Virus record (IMG/VR): IMGVR_UViG_3300032893_000027
Span: 1-64,000 of that record
Length of the DNA: 64,000 nt
Strand: one strand, 5' to 3'
From: a virus
In this document: positions 1-8,149 of the stretch, piece after piece
How the letters are laid out: each line of letters starts with the position of its first letter
How positions within the stretch are numbered: position 1 is the stretch's first letter
Position numbers and translations under genes: made by a program
Notes under the pieces: model-generated
The model's database searches: none
What the model saw: only the letters and a program-made list of their open reading frames with translations
Told to the model about the DNA's origin: nothing

Positions 1-1436
1 AAATCGGGGTGGAAACTCATGGGCAACATACCCTTTCGGCCACAGACTGGTTCATTGCGAACCTTGCAGACGGTTATCTGGGACTCGTTTGATCCTTCGA
101 TTCTGGCAACACAGACGCCCCAGTCGGCTTTGTTGGAGAAGTGGGCTGTGTCAGCAATATCGTAGAGATCAATACGTTCCGCAGATTTACTTTGAGCAGG
201 TCCCTTGGCGGGGTGAGCGACGACGATAACCAATACTTCATTTTCCATCGCAAATCGTTTGAGTTTACGAATAGCCCGGCTAGTATAATCGGTTACCGTT
301 TCGCCCTTATCGAGGGTATGGTCGATCTCATTCCAGGGATCTATGAGTAGAACGCGGATACCGTGACGGATTACCGCTGTCCTTGCCCGTTCAAGTAACC
401 ATTCAATATCATTAGCATCGTCCTCTTCTTCAGAGGACTTGGGCGCAATGAAACAGAAGTTGTTATTGATCCAATCGCCGGAATCTAGTTCCCCACCGGC
501 CATCTTGTAGGCGGCTTTAAGGGTTCCTGTGACGAAGGGATCGAGACGCATTTCATATGAAGCAATGGCGACTGGCCATCCATGATAATGTGCAAGTTGA
601 GCGACAAGCTGGTTCGCCCAAAGAGACTTTCCGTGATTTGATTTTCCGGTGATAACCATAAAACCGGGAACGTGTAGCAATAGAAGCTCATCGAGCCTGA
701 ACCAGCCAGAAGTAACTGGCCTAAGCTGAGGTTGAGGGGGTAAGTCGTAGTAGGTGTAGAGACCGCTGACCGGATAGGGCTTGGCATCAGCAATAAGACG
801 CATAGTGTCATTTTTGCCACATTTGACGAGAACGTCATTGGCGTCCTTACATCCATCTGGGTATGTGACAAATTTGCAACGGGCGCGTCCTAAGCGGCGT
901 ACCAGTTCTTCACCGAGGTTCTTTCCCGGTTCATCGTTATCGGTAGCGATGACGATGGATTTAACGACCTTCAGAGAGTCCCACGCTTTGAGCAGGTACG
1001 AGAAGCCGACGTCGTTCTCCGGGTCGATTGGACGTCTGGGAGCGCCTTTGTGGGGCGCTGGCGCCCCATTGGGGACCGATACCACGAACGGATAGCCCGC
1101 TTCGATGAACGACAGCGCGTCGATCTCGCCTTCGGTAATGACCAGCGGATTTGTGCCATCTTGAACAGAAGAATCGCTAATACAATCACAGTTCCAGAAT
1201 ACCTTTTCCCCTCCACCTGATTGATAGAAGGACTTATTTGGACCTCGGTATTTGATATTAACAACTTTATTGCAATGCACAAAGGGAAAAGCTAGGATTC
1301 GTCCTTCGAACGATGCCTCATGTTCGCCACTTGGAAGCAGCTTGGCGCTGTAAATCCTCCCAAGTCTTAGTGTTTCCTTTGAAATTCCTCGACTTTTGAA
1401 CCATTCTAAATGTTCCGGACTTATCAAGTCGTCCAT
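1..1436 (-). CDS. Twinkle/T7 gp4-like TOPRIM primase-SF4 helicase (runs off the window start; not in the ORF track)
   Basis: Manual translation from ATG 1436: MDDLISPEHLEWFKSRGI...VVNIKYR...LVITEGEIDALS...VSVPNGA...IATDNDEPG...CKDANDVL (TOPRIM), then ITGKSNHGKS (Walker A), LLIDPWN (Walker B) and IVAHPAK. Confidence 0.9.
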   Translation of the reverse strand, partial: MDDLISPEHLEWFKSRGISKETLRLGRIYSAKLLPSGEHEASFEGRILAFPFVHCNKVVNIKYRGPNKSFYQSGGGEKVFWNCDCISDSSVQDGTNPLVITEGEIDALSFIEAGYPFVVSVPNGAPAPHKGAPRRPIDPENDVGFSYLLKAWDSLKVVKSIVIATDNDEPGKNLGEELVRRLGRARCKFVTYPDGCKDANDVLVKCGKNDTMRLIADAKPYPVSGLYTYYDLPPQPQLRPVTSGWFRLDELLLLHVPGFMVITGKSNHGKSLWANQLVAQLAHYHGWPVAIASYEMRLDPFVTGTLKAAYKMAGGELDSGDWINNNFCFIAPKSSEEEDDANDIEWLLERARTAVIRHGIRVLLIDPWNEIDHTLDKGETVTDYTSRAIRKLKRFAMENEVLVIVVAHPAKGPAQSKSAERIDLYDIADTAHFSNKADWGVCVARIEGSNESQITVCKVRNEPVCGRKGMLPMSFHPD

Positions 1437-1629
1437 CTGTCCACCCGCAATGGTTGCAGAAAACACACCATCCGTGCTCATCAATCTTGACGGACAAGCA
1501 CTTTCTCGTTTTCTTCTTGCGAAGATGAGAACATTTAGGGCACAGAGTGTTCCAGTTCGATCTGGATTCTAGTTGAAATCTGGATTCTGGTTGAATCCCA
1601 AGTGCCCTGAGTTCATCTCGATAATCCAT
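1318..1629 (-). CDS. Stand-alone primase zinc-binding domain protein
   Basis: CPKCSHLRKKK..KCLSVKID...VFCNHCGW, as in the Twinkle-type primase N-terminal Zn finger; likely ATG at 1629. Confidence 0.8.
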   Translation of the reverse strand: MDYRDELRALGIQPESRFQLESRSNWNTLCPKCSHLRKKKTRKCLSVKIDEHGWCVFCNHCGWTDGRLDKSGTFRMVQKSRNFKGNTKTWEDLQRQAASKWRT

Positions 1630-1711
1630 TGATGATAACCTTGTCTTGAAGAAGTTCAATTCTTTTTGTTGTTCTTGAACATCTTATCTCAAGTCATTCT
1701 CGTTATCTAGA

Positions 1712-1755
1712 AACCGGTCAGGCTGAGGAGCTTCGCCCCTCAATCCTGACCGGTT
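1712..1755. promoter_or_regulatory. Long hairpin with GCGAAGC mini-loop (minus strand) upstream of the primase genes
   Basis: AACCGGTCAGG...CCTGACCGGTT arms; minus-strand core GAGGGGC-GAA-GCTCCTC. Confidence 0.45.
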
Positions 1756-2138
1756 CCGTATAACAAGAATGCAAGTTCATTGCTTGGTTCCATAGAGTTA
1801 TCAACAACAAATCGTGATTGACTTGTACGAATCTAGATGTAGTGTTCCATATAGCACACAGTCCATCTGTAGTGTTGATGGCTCCGACCAGAGGTCGCAC
1901 TGGCACCCATCTTTGCTGACGCCGCTCATTCTCCCGGCGATTATCCAGCCAAACTTGTGATCAGGGCTCCCCAACGGGAGCCCTTCTTTTTTCCACAATA
2001 TCACGCATTCGTTATCGAGGAACGTGTTGCGTATCCGCCCTTTATCCACAATTGTGGTCGTGGGAAATCATTCCCAGCAACGGCCCACGTTTTCGTTCGC
2101 TACGAAAAGTCAGGGGCCATCAACTCGAAAGTAATAGC

Positions 2139-2507
2139 ATGACATCTTTCGGTAAGACCATAAAGAAGCTGCGTGAGATGGCGGATAAGTCTGGCTACAA
2201 AATCCAAGACGTATTCTCCGTTGTTGAGCAGTATGAAGCCGCCGTAGAAGAGGAGCAGCATGAGCGCCGCTCAACTTCAGAAGAACGTGAAGCTATTGTT
2301 AACGTTCTCGGCGAGCTTCACCAGTCAGGTAGGCTGTCACCAGATTTAGACCACAAGGATAGGGCGGCAATCCTAAAGGAAAATGGCATCCGCATTAATC
2401 AAGGCACGATGCATTGTGCTAAGATCCAATATGGACGCCTGTTGAGGTTAACCTACAATCCAAACCCTAGTCGCCAAAACGGCGCATCTACGTACAGGGC
2501 CGTCTGA
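2139..2507 (+). CDS. Hypothetical protein
   Basis: ORF from ATG 2139 (MTSFGKTIKKLREM), followed by a hairpin. Confidence 0.6.
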   Translation: MTSFGKTIKKLREMADKSGYKIQDVFSVVEQYEAAVEEEQHERRSTSEEREAIVNVLGELHQSGRLSPDLDHKDRAAILKENGIRINQGTMHCAKIQYGRLLRLTYNPNPSRQNGASTYRAV

Positions 2508-2515
2508 CAACAATA

Positions 2516-2546
2516 AGGAAGGGGGCATCGGCCCCCTTCCTCTTTT
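2516..2546 (+). terminator. Rho-independent terminator-like hairpin
   Basis: AGGAAGGGGGC-ATCG-GCCCCCTTCCT followed by CTTTT. Confidence 0.55.
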
Positions 2547-2558
2547 GGGAGAGGCGAT

Positions 2559-3389
2559 ATGGACAAAAGCAACGCGGAAAGACTGAAGGCCCTTTGGAAG
2601 AGTGGACGAGATAAGTTCCAATCATTTTTTACGGTCCTAAACGAGGTTAGAGCCGAGATAGGTGATGACGAATTGGCGACATACTGTCGCAATGAACTGG
2701 CCATAAGTCTTTCAATCATTATGAAGGCTAAAGGCATTCTACGCGAAGTGGATGAAATGACGGTAAAAGAGGATTTTGCCGAGGTTGTTCGCGCCGAGAA
2801 AGAAAAGGCTGAAGCTGAGAAGAGAAAAAGACAGCTTGAAGCTATAGCTCACAGAGAAGAAGTTGCTAGGAAAAAGGCAGAGGCCGAAGAGGCTGAGCGT
2901 AAGGCCGCTGAGGAGAAGGTTGCAAAGAACAAAATCAAGTACGAAGAGAAAAAAAGACAGGACAGGCAGAAGAAGGCTGGCGCTGACAAGGACAAGAAGA
3001 CTGCCCAAACAAAAGGCGGAAGGCTTATCAAGGATATTGATGGCCTGAATATGAAAGGGATAGAGAATAGGCTAAGAACTGCACAGAAGATGTGTGAGGA
3101 TGGCATGTTTCAATGGAGAGAAGGTTCAATAGTTCGGGCCACTCTTCTTGCGGAAGCTCGTGCCAAGATTCCTTCAGACCCTCAGTTTGGAGCGTGGCTT
3201 GTTCAAAATGAACCTGAATTGTCACCAAATGACAGGAAGGCACTTATCAATCTCGGGAAATTGGAACACCAAGAACTGCGAGATGTATTCAATAATACAG
3301 AGAGGACAAGCTATCGTTACATATGGGAGGAATACAGCGGCGGCAGACAGGCAGTTTCAGGAATAAGGCTTGTCGATGAGGTAAGATAA
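2559..3389 (+). CDS. Coiled-coil protein with DUF3102-like C-terminus
   Basis: E/K/A-rich coil followed by LLAEARAKIP..QFGAWL; GAGAGG RBS. Confidence 0.6.
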   Translation: MDKSNAERLKALWKSGRDKFQSFFTVLNEVRAEIGDDELATYCRNELAISLSIIMKAKGILREVDEMTVKEDFAEVVRAEKEKAEAEKRKRQLEAIAHREEVARKKAEAEEAERKAAEEKVAKNKIKYEEKKRQDRQKKAGADKDKKTAQTKGGRLIKDIDGLNMKGIENRLRTAQKMCEDGMFQWREGSIVRATLLAEARAKIPSDPQFGAWLVQNEPELSPNDRKALINLGKLEHQELRDVFNNTERTSYRYIWEEYSGGRQAVSGIRLVDEVR

Positions 3390-3411
3390 TACAACATTAA
3401 ATAAATCAATA

Positions 3412-3451
3412 AGTTAACCTACTGGTGTCACGTAACACCAGTAGGTTAACT
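3412..3451. terminator. Perfect 17-bp inverted repeat between convergent genes (bidirectional terminator candidate)
   Basis: AGTTAACCTACTGGTGT-CACGTA-ACACCAGTAGGTTAACT. Confidence 0.65.
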
Positions 3452-3465
3452 CCATTTCAACGATG

Positions 3466-4035
3466 TCAAACAGCCAATTCGCCAATCAGGCCAGCCAGTT
3501 CCGACAGGCCATCTTTTTTATCCCAAGAATAGAGATGCAGTACCGCCCCATAAGGGGCTCTGTCCTCTGTGGTCCAGCCTGCTGCACACCATTGCATTAG
3601 GCTATCATCCTCGACTAGCCCTATGCGTACAGCGTAATCAATCACTGCTTTCAGGTGGTTATCGCAATCCCGACGCCTTTTGTTAGGCGCGAACAACTCT
3701 ACTACAGCAACAAATGGCCCCCTCAATTGCTTGATGGGGCCTTTCTTCGATATCAAAACAATTTGATCGGCCTCAGCTATCCAATTTGTGTATGCTCGGC
3801 TCTTGTGAATCGTTCCATTCCTTCCTTTCCGCCAGATCGAGTTTACGGATGGTGGGAGCGGTAAGGGGGTACTTAGGGCAGCATGAAGCTGGGAACTCTG
3901 GGACTGGGATGGCGGCGACTCGTTGTTCGATGGATTGCAATCTGGATCTAAACTGTTCGTCTTCTTTAGCAATTTTCTCGACCTTGTGCTTGGAATGGAT
4001 AGCGGTAGTATGATCCATCCCAAATTGCCTCGCAA
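3466..4035 (-). CDS. rusA: RusA-like Holliday junction resolvase (start uncertain)
   Basis: LPLPPSVNSIWR...RRRDCDNHLKAVID...GLVEDDS. Confidence 0.85.
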   Translation of the reverse strand: MRGNLGWIILPLSIPSTRSRKLLKKTNSLDPDCNPSNNESPPSQSQSSQLHAALSTPLPLPPSVNSIWRKGRNGTIHKSRAYTNWIAEADQIVLISKKGPIKQLRGPFVAVVELFAPNKRRRDCDNHLKAVIDYAVRIGLVEDDSLMQWCAAGWTTEDRAPYGAVLHLYSWDKKDGLSELAGLIGELAV

Positions 4036-4435
4036 TCCAAGGCAGAGACCATCGCTGTTGCTTTATTGCAACAGTTATGGCGACCTGACGCGGCCATACG
4101 ATATGCTGTTTGCGGGATTTTATTTTGAGATCGCTAAGAGTTACACCGAATTCTGAAGCTGCTTCTTGAATAACAGATGAGAAGTATGTGAGGGTTGAGG
4201 GAAGTCGATATTGTGGTGGCGTTGGTGTTGGAGGAAGTGATGCTGGTGCTGGCGGTGTTTCTATTGCATCTGGCTTTAATTCTATCAGTAACGGCTTTAG
4301 TGTTCTGGGTTCTAGATCGTCTTTTCGGCGCTTCAAGTTAATCTCGGTGTCTGGAACTGCATTCGGTGGGTTCGTGAGGCGTTCATGGACCTCGTTGTAA
4401 TGCTTGCGTAGGGCATCAGAACTGGTGAATTCCAT
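3773..4435 (-). CDS. DnaA C-terminal-like HTH DNA-binding protein
   Basis: EFGVTLSDLKIKSRKQHIVWPRQVAI...SLPWIARQFGMDHTTAIHS matches the Bac_DnaA_C pattern; ATG overlaps the GcrA stop (TAATG). Confidence 0.8.
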   Translation of the reverse strand: MEFTSSDALRKHYNEVHERLTNPPNAVPDTEINLKRRKDDLEPRTLKPLLIELKPDAIETPPAPASLPPTPTPPQYRLPSTLTYFSSVIQEAASEFGVTLSDLKIKSRKQHIVWPRQVAITVAIKQQRWSLPWIARQFGMDHTTAIHSKHKVEKIAKEDEQFRSRLQSIEQRVAAIPVPEFPASCCPKYPLTAPTIRKLDLAERKEWNDSQEPSIHKLDS

Positions 4436-4953
4436 TAGAGTTTCCCCATTACAGTAAATCTTTTGTGATGATAGGCACACCATGAGGACCGCCTCTTAAC
4501 GCCGAAACTACTTGTGGTCCACGTCCGATCCTCACCACAACATAAGGCATTTGCCAAGATGGAACTTTTACCAGTGGTTTCCTGTATGAAGATACCGTTT
4601 CCTTGATAACCTATGATGGCTCTGCAATTATTTTCGCCGGACTCAGACAAAAGTATAGCTTTGGAACCTGTGGGAACCTTCACGACTTCACGTCCTTTTG
4701 ATCCGTTGGTACTTGCTTTGGGTTTCGACTCTGGTAAGCGAGTCACGATTCGAACAAGTTGTGGATAAGTTTCTACCTTCTTCCTTAACTGCGGACTCAA
4801 CTTGAGACGGTGAACTTTACCAATTACTGCATTACGGCTAACGTTATAGCCAAGGGCCTTGAACTCTGCTGCAATCTCACTGGCGGTACGTCCGTTATTC
4901 CAGCGCTCCATCAGCATCGCGATATTGTCTTGGTCCCAAATAGTGGGGTGCAT
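4435..4953 (-). CDS. gcrA: GcrA-like cell-cycle transcription regulator
   Basis: W..DNIAMLMERWNNGRTASEIAAE..VSRNAVIGKVHRL; C-terminal CRAIIG..CCG..SWCAYH. Confidence 0.85.
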   Translation of the reverse strand: MHPTIWDQDNIAMLMERWNNGRTASEIAAEFKALGYNVSRNAVIGKVHRLKLSPQLRKKVETYPQLVRIVTRLPESKPKASTNGSKGREVVKVPTGSKAILLSESGENNCRAIIGYQGNGIFIQETTGKSSILANALCCGEDRTWTTSSFGVKRRSSWCAYHHKRFTVMGKL

Positions 4954-5069
4954 TCCAACTCTCCTTTTGTTTCCGATAGCTTAGCTGATTCGGTCATTCG
5001 GTGAAATTAATTTGACATTTTGTCCACAACATGCCTAACACAGTAGATAGGTGGCAACGACCACCACGT

Positions 5070-5112
5070 TCTCTCTCTTCTTCCCTCCTCTGGAGAGGGA
5101 AGAAGAGAGAGA
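5070..5112. promoter_or_regulatory. Pyrimidine/purine hairpin upstream of the rightward operon
   Basis: TCTCTCTCTTCTTCCCTC-CTCTGGA-GAGGGAAGAAGAGAGAGA; related hairpin at 62576-62617. Confidence 0.45.
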
Positions 5113-5139
5113 CAGACAACACCGCAAACAGGAGAAAGC

Positions 5140-5895
5140 ATGAGTAAGCCATTTAAGATTGGGATTGACGTCGATAAGTCTAGCCTCGGTGAGGTGATGG
5201 AAGTGCTCGACTCCATTCCCGGAGTATTGTCAATCCATCTGGCGTTGGGTGCGGCCAAGCAGCAACAGCAGTTGCCGTCGCCAGCACCGGGATATGATCC
5301 TGTTCAGAAACGGATCGAGACGAAGCGACGGATTGCATCTGGAAGGATGCCTCCCATGAGGCAGGTTTTCCTGCAAGCCCTTGTCAACGGCCCGCTTCAT
5401 TACCAGAAGATCGGTAGTCTTTTGGCCAAGAAAGGCTTCTCTTTTGCCTCGGTCCATTCAGCGGTAACGAAAATGTCATCGGAGAAACTCATTGAACGGG
5501 TTTCTCCGGGAACTTATCGCTTGACGGCAAAAGGCCGTGCCTTATTGAATTCTGACAATGTGAACCGGACGTACACCAGAAGGGCAATCAACAATAAGAA
5601 GGGCGTCAGGGCTTTGGTTCTGGACTTCCTCTCCAATGGATCACAGTCGGTGGATGCTGTCAGAGACGTTATTAAGGGCGCTGGGTTTGCACACAGCAGC
5701 CTTTACAACACTGTGCATCGGATGCGAGAGGAGGATCTGATCCGAAGGAATGGCGAACTTTATGAAATTACTGCAAAAGGCCGGAAGGAAATGGGCGCAG
5801 AGGCTGAGGCATTTGAATCCGTGGAAGATCAGCCAGAAGTCACCATGATGCCACTTCGGTCATCCCTTATGAATGATATGGAACATGGAGAATAG
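5140..5895 (+). CDS. Tandem winged-helix DNA-binding protein
   Basis: Two wHTH-like repeats ending LIERVSPGTYRLTAKGR and LIRRNGELYEITAKGR; GGAG RBS. Confidence 0.7.
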   Translation: MSKPFKIGIDVDKSSLGEVMEVLDSIPGVLSIHLALGAAKQQQQLPSPAPGYDPVQKRIETKRRIASGRMPPMRQVFLQALVNGPLHYQKIGSLLAKKGFSFASVHSAVTKMSSEKLIERVSPGTYRLTAKGRALLNSDNVNRTYTRRAINNKKGVRALVLDFLSNGSQSVDAVRDVIKGAGFAHSSLYNTVHRMREEDLIRRNGELYEITAKGRKEMGAEAEAFESVEDQPEVTMMPLRSSLMNDMEHGE

Positions 5896-5897
5896 CT

Positions 5898-6281
5898 TTG
5901 GCTGAAGTATATGTATACCGGACCTATCCTTTAACGACAAAGGATCAGGACCCAATCCTTGATGAGGTCGAATCAGTCCTCAAGAAGGAGAAGCTTGAGA
6001 AGAAGCCATCGACGGTTGCGAACTTAAGTGGTGTCAGCACCTCAACGCTCCGTAACTGGCTGATTTCTCGCACGACCCGCTGTCCTCGTTATTCAACGGT
6101 GGCAGCCGTCTTTGGAGCTATCGGCTATCAGCCGAAGTTTGAAAGGACGGGCCGCTTTGACCTTGAGTCGGAGCGCATTGATGCCAAGCGGTGGCAGGTC
6201 CGCCGCAAGGCAGCGAAGCTGGCGGCTCGTGGGTCGAAAGGCAAGAAATCAAACGGTAGTGGGCGGCATCTTTCCGCCTAA
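5898..6281 (+). CDS. XRE-like HTH protein
   Basis: VANLSGVSTSTLRNWL...PRYSTVAAVFGAIG. Confidence 0.7.
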   Translation: MAEVYVYRTYPLTTKDQDPILDEVESVLKKEKLEKKPSTVANLSGVSTSTLRNWLISRTTRCPRYSTVAAVFGAIGYQPKFERTGRFDLESERIDAKRWQVRRKAAKLAARGSKGKKSNGSGRHLSA

Positions 6282-6457
6282 GAGACCCGCTTGTCCAAGG
6301 TCCCGAACCGGCAAACTTCGCCTTGGATAGGACGCACCGTGTTAGCCGAGCGGTGGGTAATTCGGCGACTTATGGGCACGGATATGGCTGGGGTGCCCAC
6401 CGCCATCTATACCGCAGTTAAATATCCTAAAGGATGGCACATCAATAAGGGGGTATT

Positions 6458-6700
6458 ATGACCGACGAACTCACCGAGCGCGTAGCGCGGGCAATACACG
6501 ATAGCTTGAACGATCAATTGCCCTTTGACGATATGCTATTGCCAATTCGCGAGGAATTTTTAGCTGCTGCCCGCGCCGCCATTGAGGCGATGCATTCTGA
6601 CTTTCCCAAATGCAAACGCTGCGGCGCCCAAGGCGACGGCATTCTAGTCTGTGCGGGATGCTACGCGCCTGTTGAACAGCAACCGGAGCCGCCGAAATGA
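6458..6700 (+). CDS. Array ORF 1 (MTDELTERVARAI / ARAAIEA / CxxC-CxxC / PEPPK)
   Basis: ORF track; Zn-ribbon-like CKRC..CAGC insert. Confidence 0.75.
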   Translation: MTDELTERVARAIHDSLNDQLPFDDMLLPIREEFLAAARAAIEAMHSDFPKCKRCGAQGDGILVCAGCYAPVEQQPEPPK

Positions 6701-6981
6701 CTGACGACCTCACCGAGCGCGTGGCGCGGGCGATTCATGGGGCTTTTGGAGACGGCTGGGAAGCAATGGCCCGCGCCGCCATTGAGGCGATACCCGGCTG
6801 GCAACCGATAGAGACGGCGCCACTAGAAGAATTGGGACTTTTGTGGGGGCCAGATGTCAGGAGTGTTAGCGCGATTGGGCACATCTATGAACACACCGAC
6901 GGCAGCCGTGACGCTAGCAGCGCGATGCTTCATGGTTTCAAAATAACGCATTGGCACGCGCTACCGGAACCACCGAAATGA
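6697..6981 (+). CDS. Array ORF 2, DUF551-like C-terminus
   Basis: WQPIETAP...THWHALPEPPK; ATGA overlap. Confidence 0.75.
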   Translation: MTDDLTERVARAIHGAFGDGWEAMARAAIEAIPGWQPIETAPLEELGLLWGPDVRSVSAIGHIYEHTDGSRDASSAMLHGFKITHWHALPEPPK

Positions 6982-7142
6982 CCGACGACCTTACCGAGCT
7001 TATAGAACGAGCGAAGCGCGCGCTGGATGCGATGACGCCAGAACAGCGGGAGGAAATGTACCGCAAGCAACGTGACGGCTGGGTCAGGGCAGAAATGCAA
7101 TGGGCCAAGGATTTCCGCGAAGGGAAGTGCAAATATGACTGA
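6978..7142 (+). CDS. Array ORF 3 (MTDDLTELIERAK...)
   Basis: ATGA overlap with the previous ORF. Confidence 0.65.
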   Translation: MTDDLTELIERAKRALDAMTPEQREEMYRKQRDGWVRAEMQWAKDFREGKCKYD

Positions 7143-7469
7143 CGAACTCACCGAGCGCGTGGCGTGGGCGATTCTTAATCAGATGGGGGAAAAACCTTGA
7201 TGGATTATCACCGAGATATTGCCCGCGCCGCCATTGAGGCCATCAATGAGGATCGGATCATCCTTCGGCGCAAATGGACATCCGTAACTTCACCATCGAG
7301 AAACGCAACAAGGGGCCTAAGACCAAGAAGAAGGGAGGCAAATAATGCCCGACATTTTGGAACAGCTAGACCGCGCATGGACCGAGGATTTCAAGGCCAA
7401 TCTGATGCACTTTTGCGACTTAGCCGCGCAGGAAATCCGTCGGACGAGAGCCGAAATTTTGCGCCTTGA
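7135..7469 (+). pseudogene. Array ORF 4, split by a -1 frameshift at GGGGGAAAAA
   Basis: MTDELTERVAWAILNQMGEKP* (7135-7200); the ARAAIEA module continues in the -1 frame (7197-7469). Confidence 0.55.
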
Positions 7470-7650
7470 AGAAGACCTCGACCGCATGGGCGAAATTTTG
7501 CACGCGACCGAGGCCGAGCGCGACCGACTCCGCGCCAAGCTGGCCCTGCGCGCCGAGCGCGACCCGCCCCCATCGACCGACGCCCCGCTAACAATGAGCC
7601 AACAAGATATTTCGGCGGCGCTTCGCCAGACACAGAGCGAGGAAAGATGA
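7345..7650 (+). CDS. Hypothetical coiled-coil protein
   Basis: GGAGG RBS; ATGA coupling to the next ORF. Confidence 0.7.
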   Translation: MPDILEQLDRAWTEDFKANLMHFCDLAAQEIRRTRAEILRLEEDLDRMGEILHATEAERDRLRAKLALRAERDPPPSTDAPLTMSQQDISAALRQTQSEER

Positions 7651-7850
7651 GCGACGGCTGGCAACCGATAGAGACGGCGCCGAAGATTGAAGGTTATCGC
7701 ATTCTAGTTGCGCGCCCTTGTGCCACGATTGGAGCAAATATGGTGGGCGAGGATTATTGGACCGACAGGCTGCAAGGCGGATGCTGGGCTAAATCAACGC
7801 CAATGGCCCAGCCAACTCACTGGATGCCACTACCGGAGCCGCCGAAATGA
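7647..7850 (+). CDS. DUF551-like protein
   Basis: GWQPIETAPK...PTHWMPLPEPPK. Confidence 0.75.
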   Translation: MSDGWQPIETAPKIEGYRILVARPCATIGANMVGEDYWTDRLQGGCWAKSTPMAQPTHWMPLPEPPK

Positions 7851-8149
7851 ACGATGCCGTGAGACTTCTGCGTCTGGCCTGTCAGCGCATGTTCGATGGC
7901 GAGGAAAGAGAACAGATCCGCGCCTTTCTCCATGGTTATGACCGCGAGGCCGCCCCACAGCTTGGCTGGCAATCGATTGAGACAGCGCCGGAAAAAGAAA
8001 TGTTTATCTATTTTCAAAAGCGCGAAGGCCATCGCATGGTTGGTCTGGCCTATCGCGCTAAGGACGGGGGTTGGCGTGACAGTGAAGGAAATTGGAGCGA
8101 GTGCTTAAACCCGACCCACTGGATGCCACTACCGGAACCACCGAAATGA
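7847..8149 (+). CDS. DUF551-like protein with N-terminal extension
   Basis: EAAPQLGWQSIETAP...PTHWMPLPEPPK. Confidence 0.75.
   Translation: MNDAVRLLRLACQRMFDGEEREQIRAFLHGYDREAAPQLGWQSIETAPEKEMFIYFQKREGHRMVGLAYRAKDGGWRDSEGNWSECLNPTHWMPLPEPPK

Noticed and set aside
1718-2049. Short minus-strand ORFs upstream of the primase Zn-finger gene
   Set aside because: No recognisable motifs, mutually overlapping, and one runs into the hairpin; coding status is unsupported.
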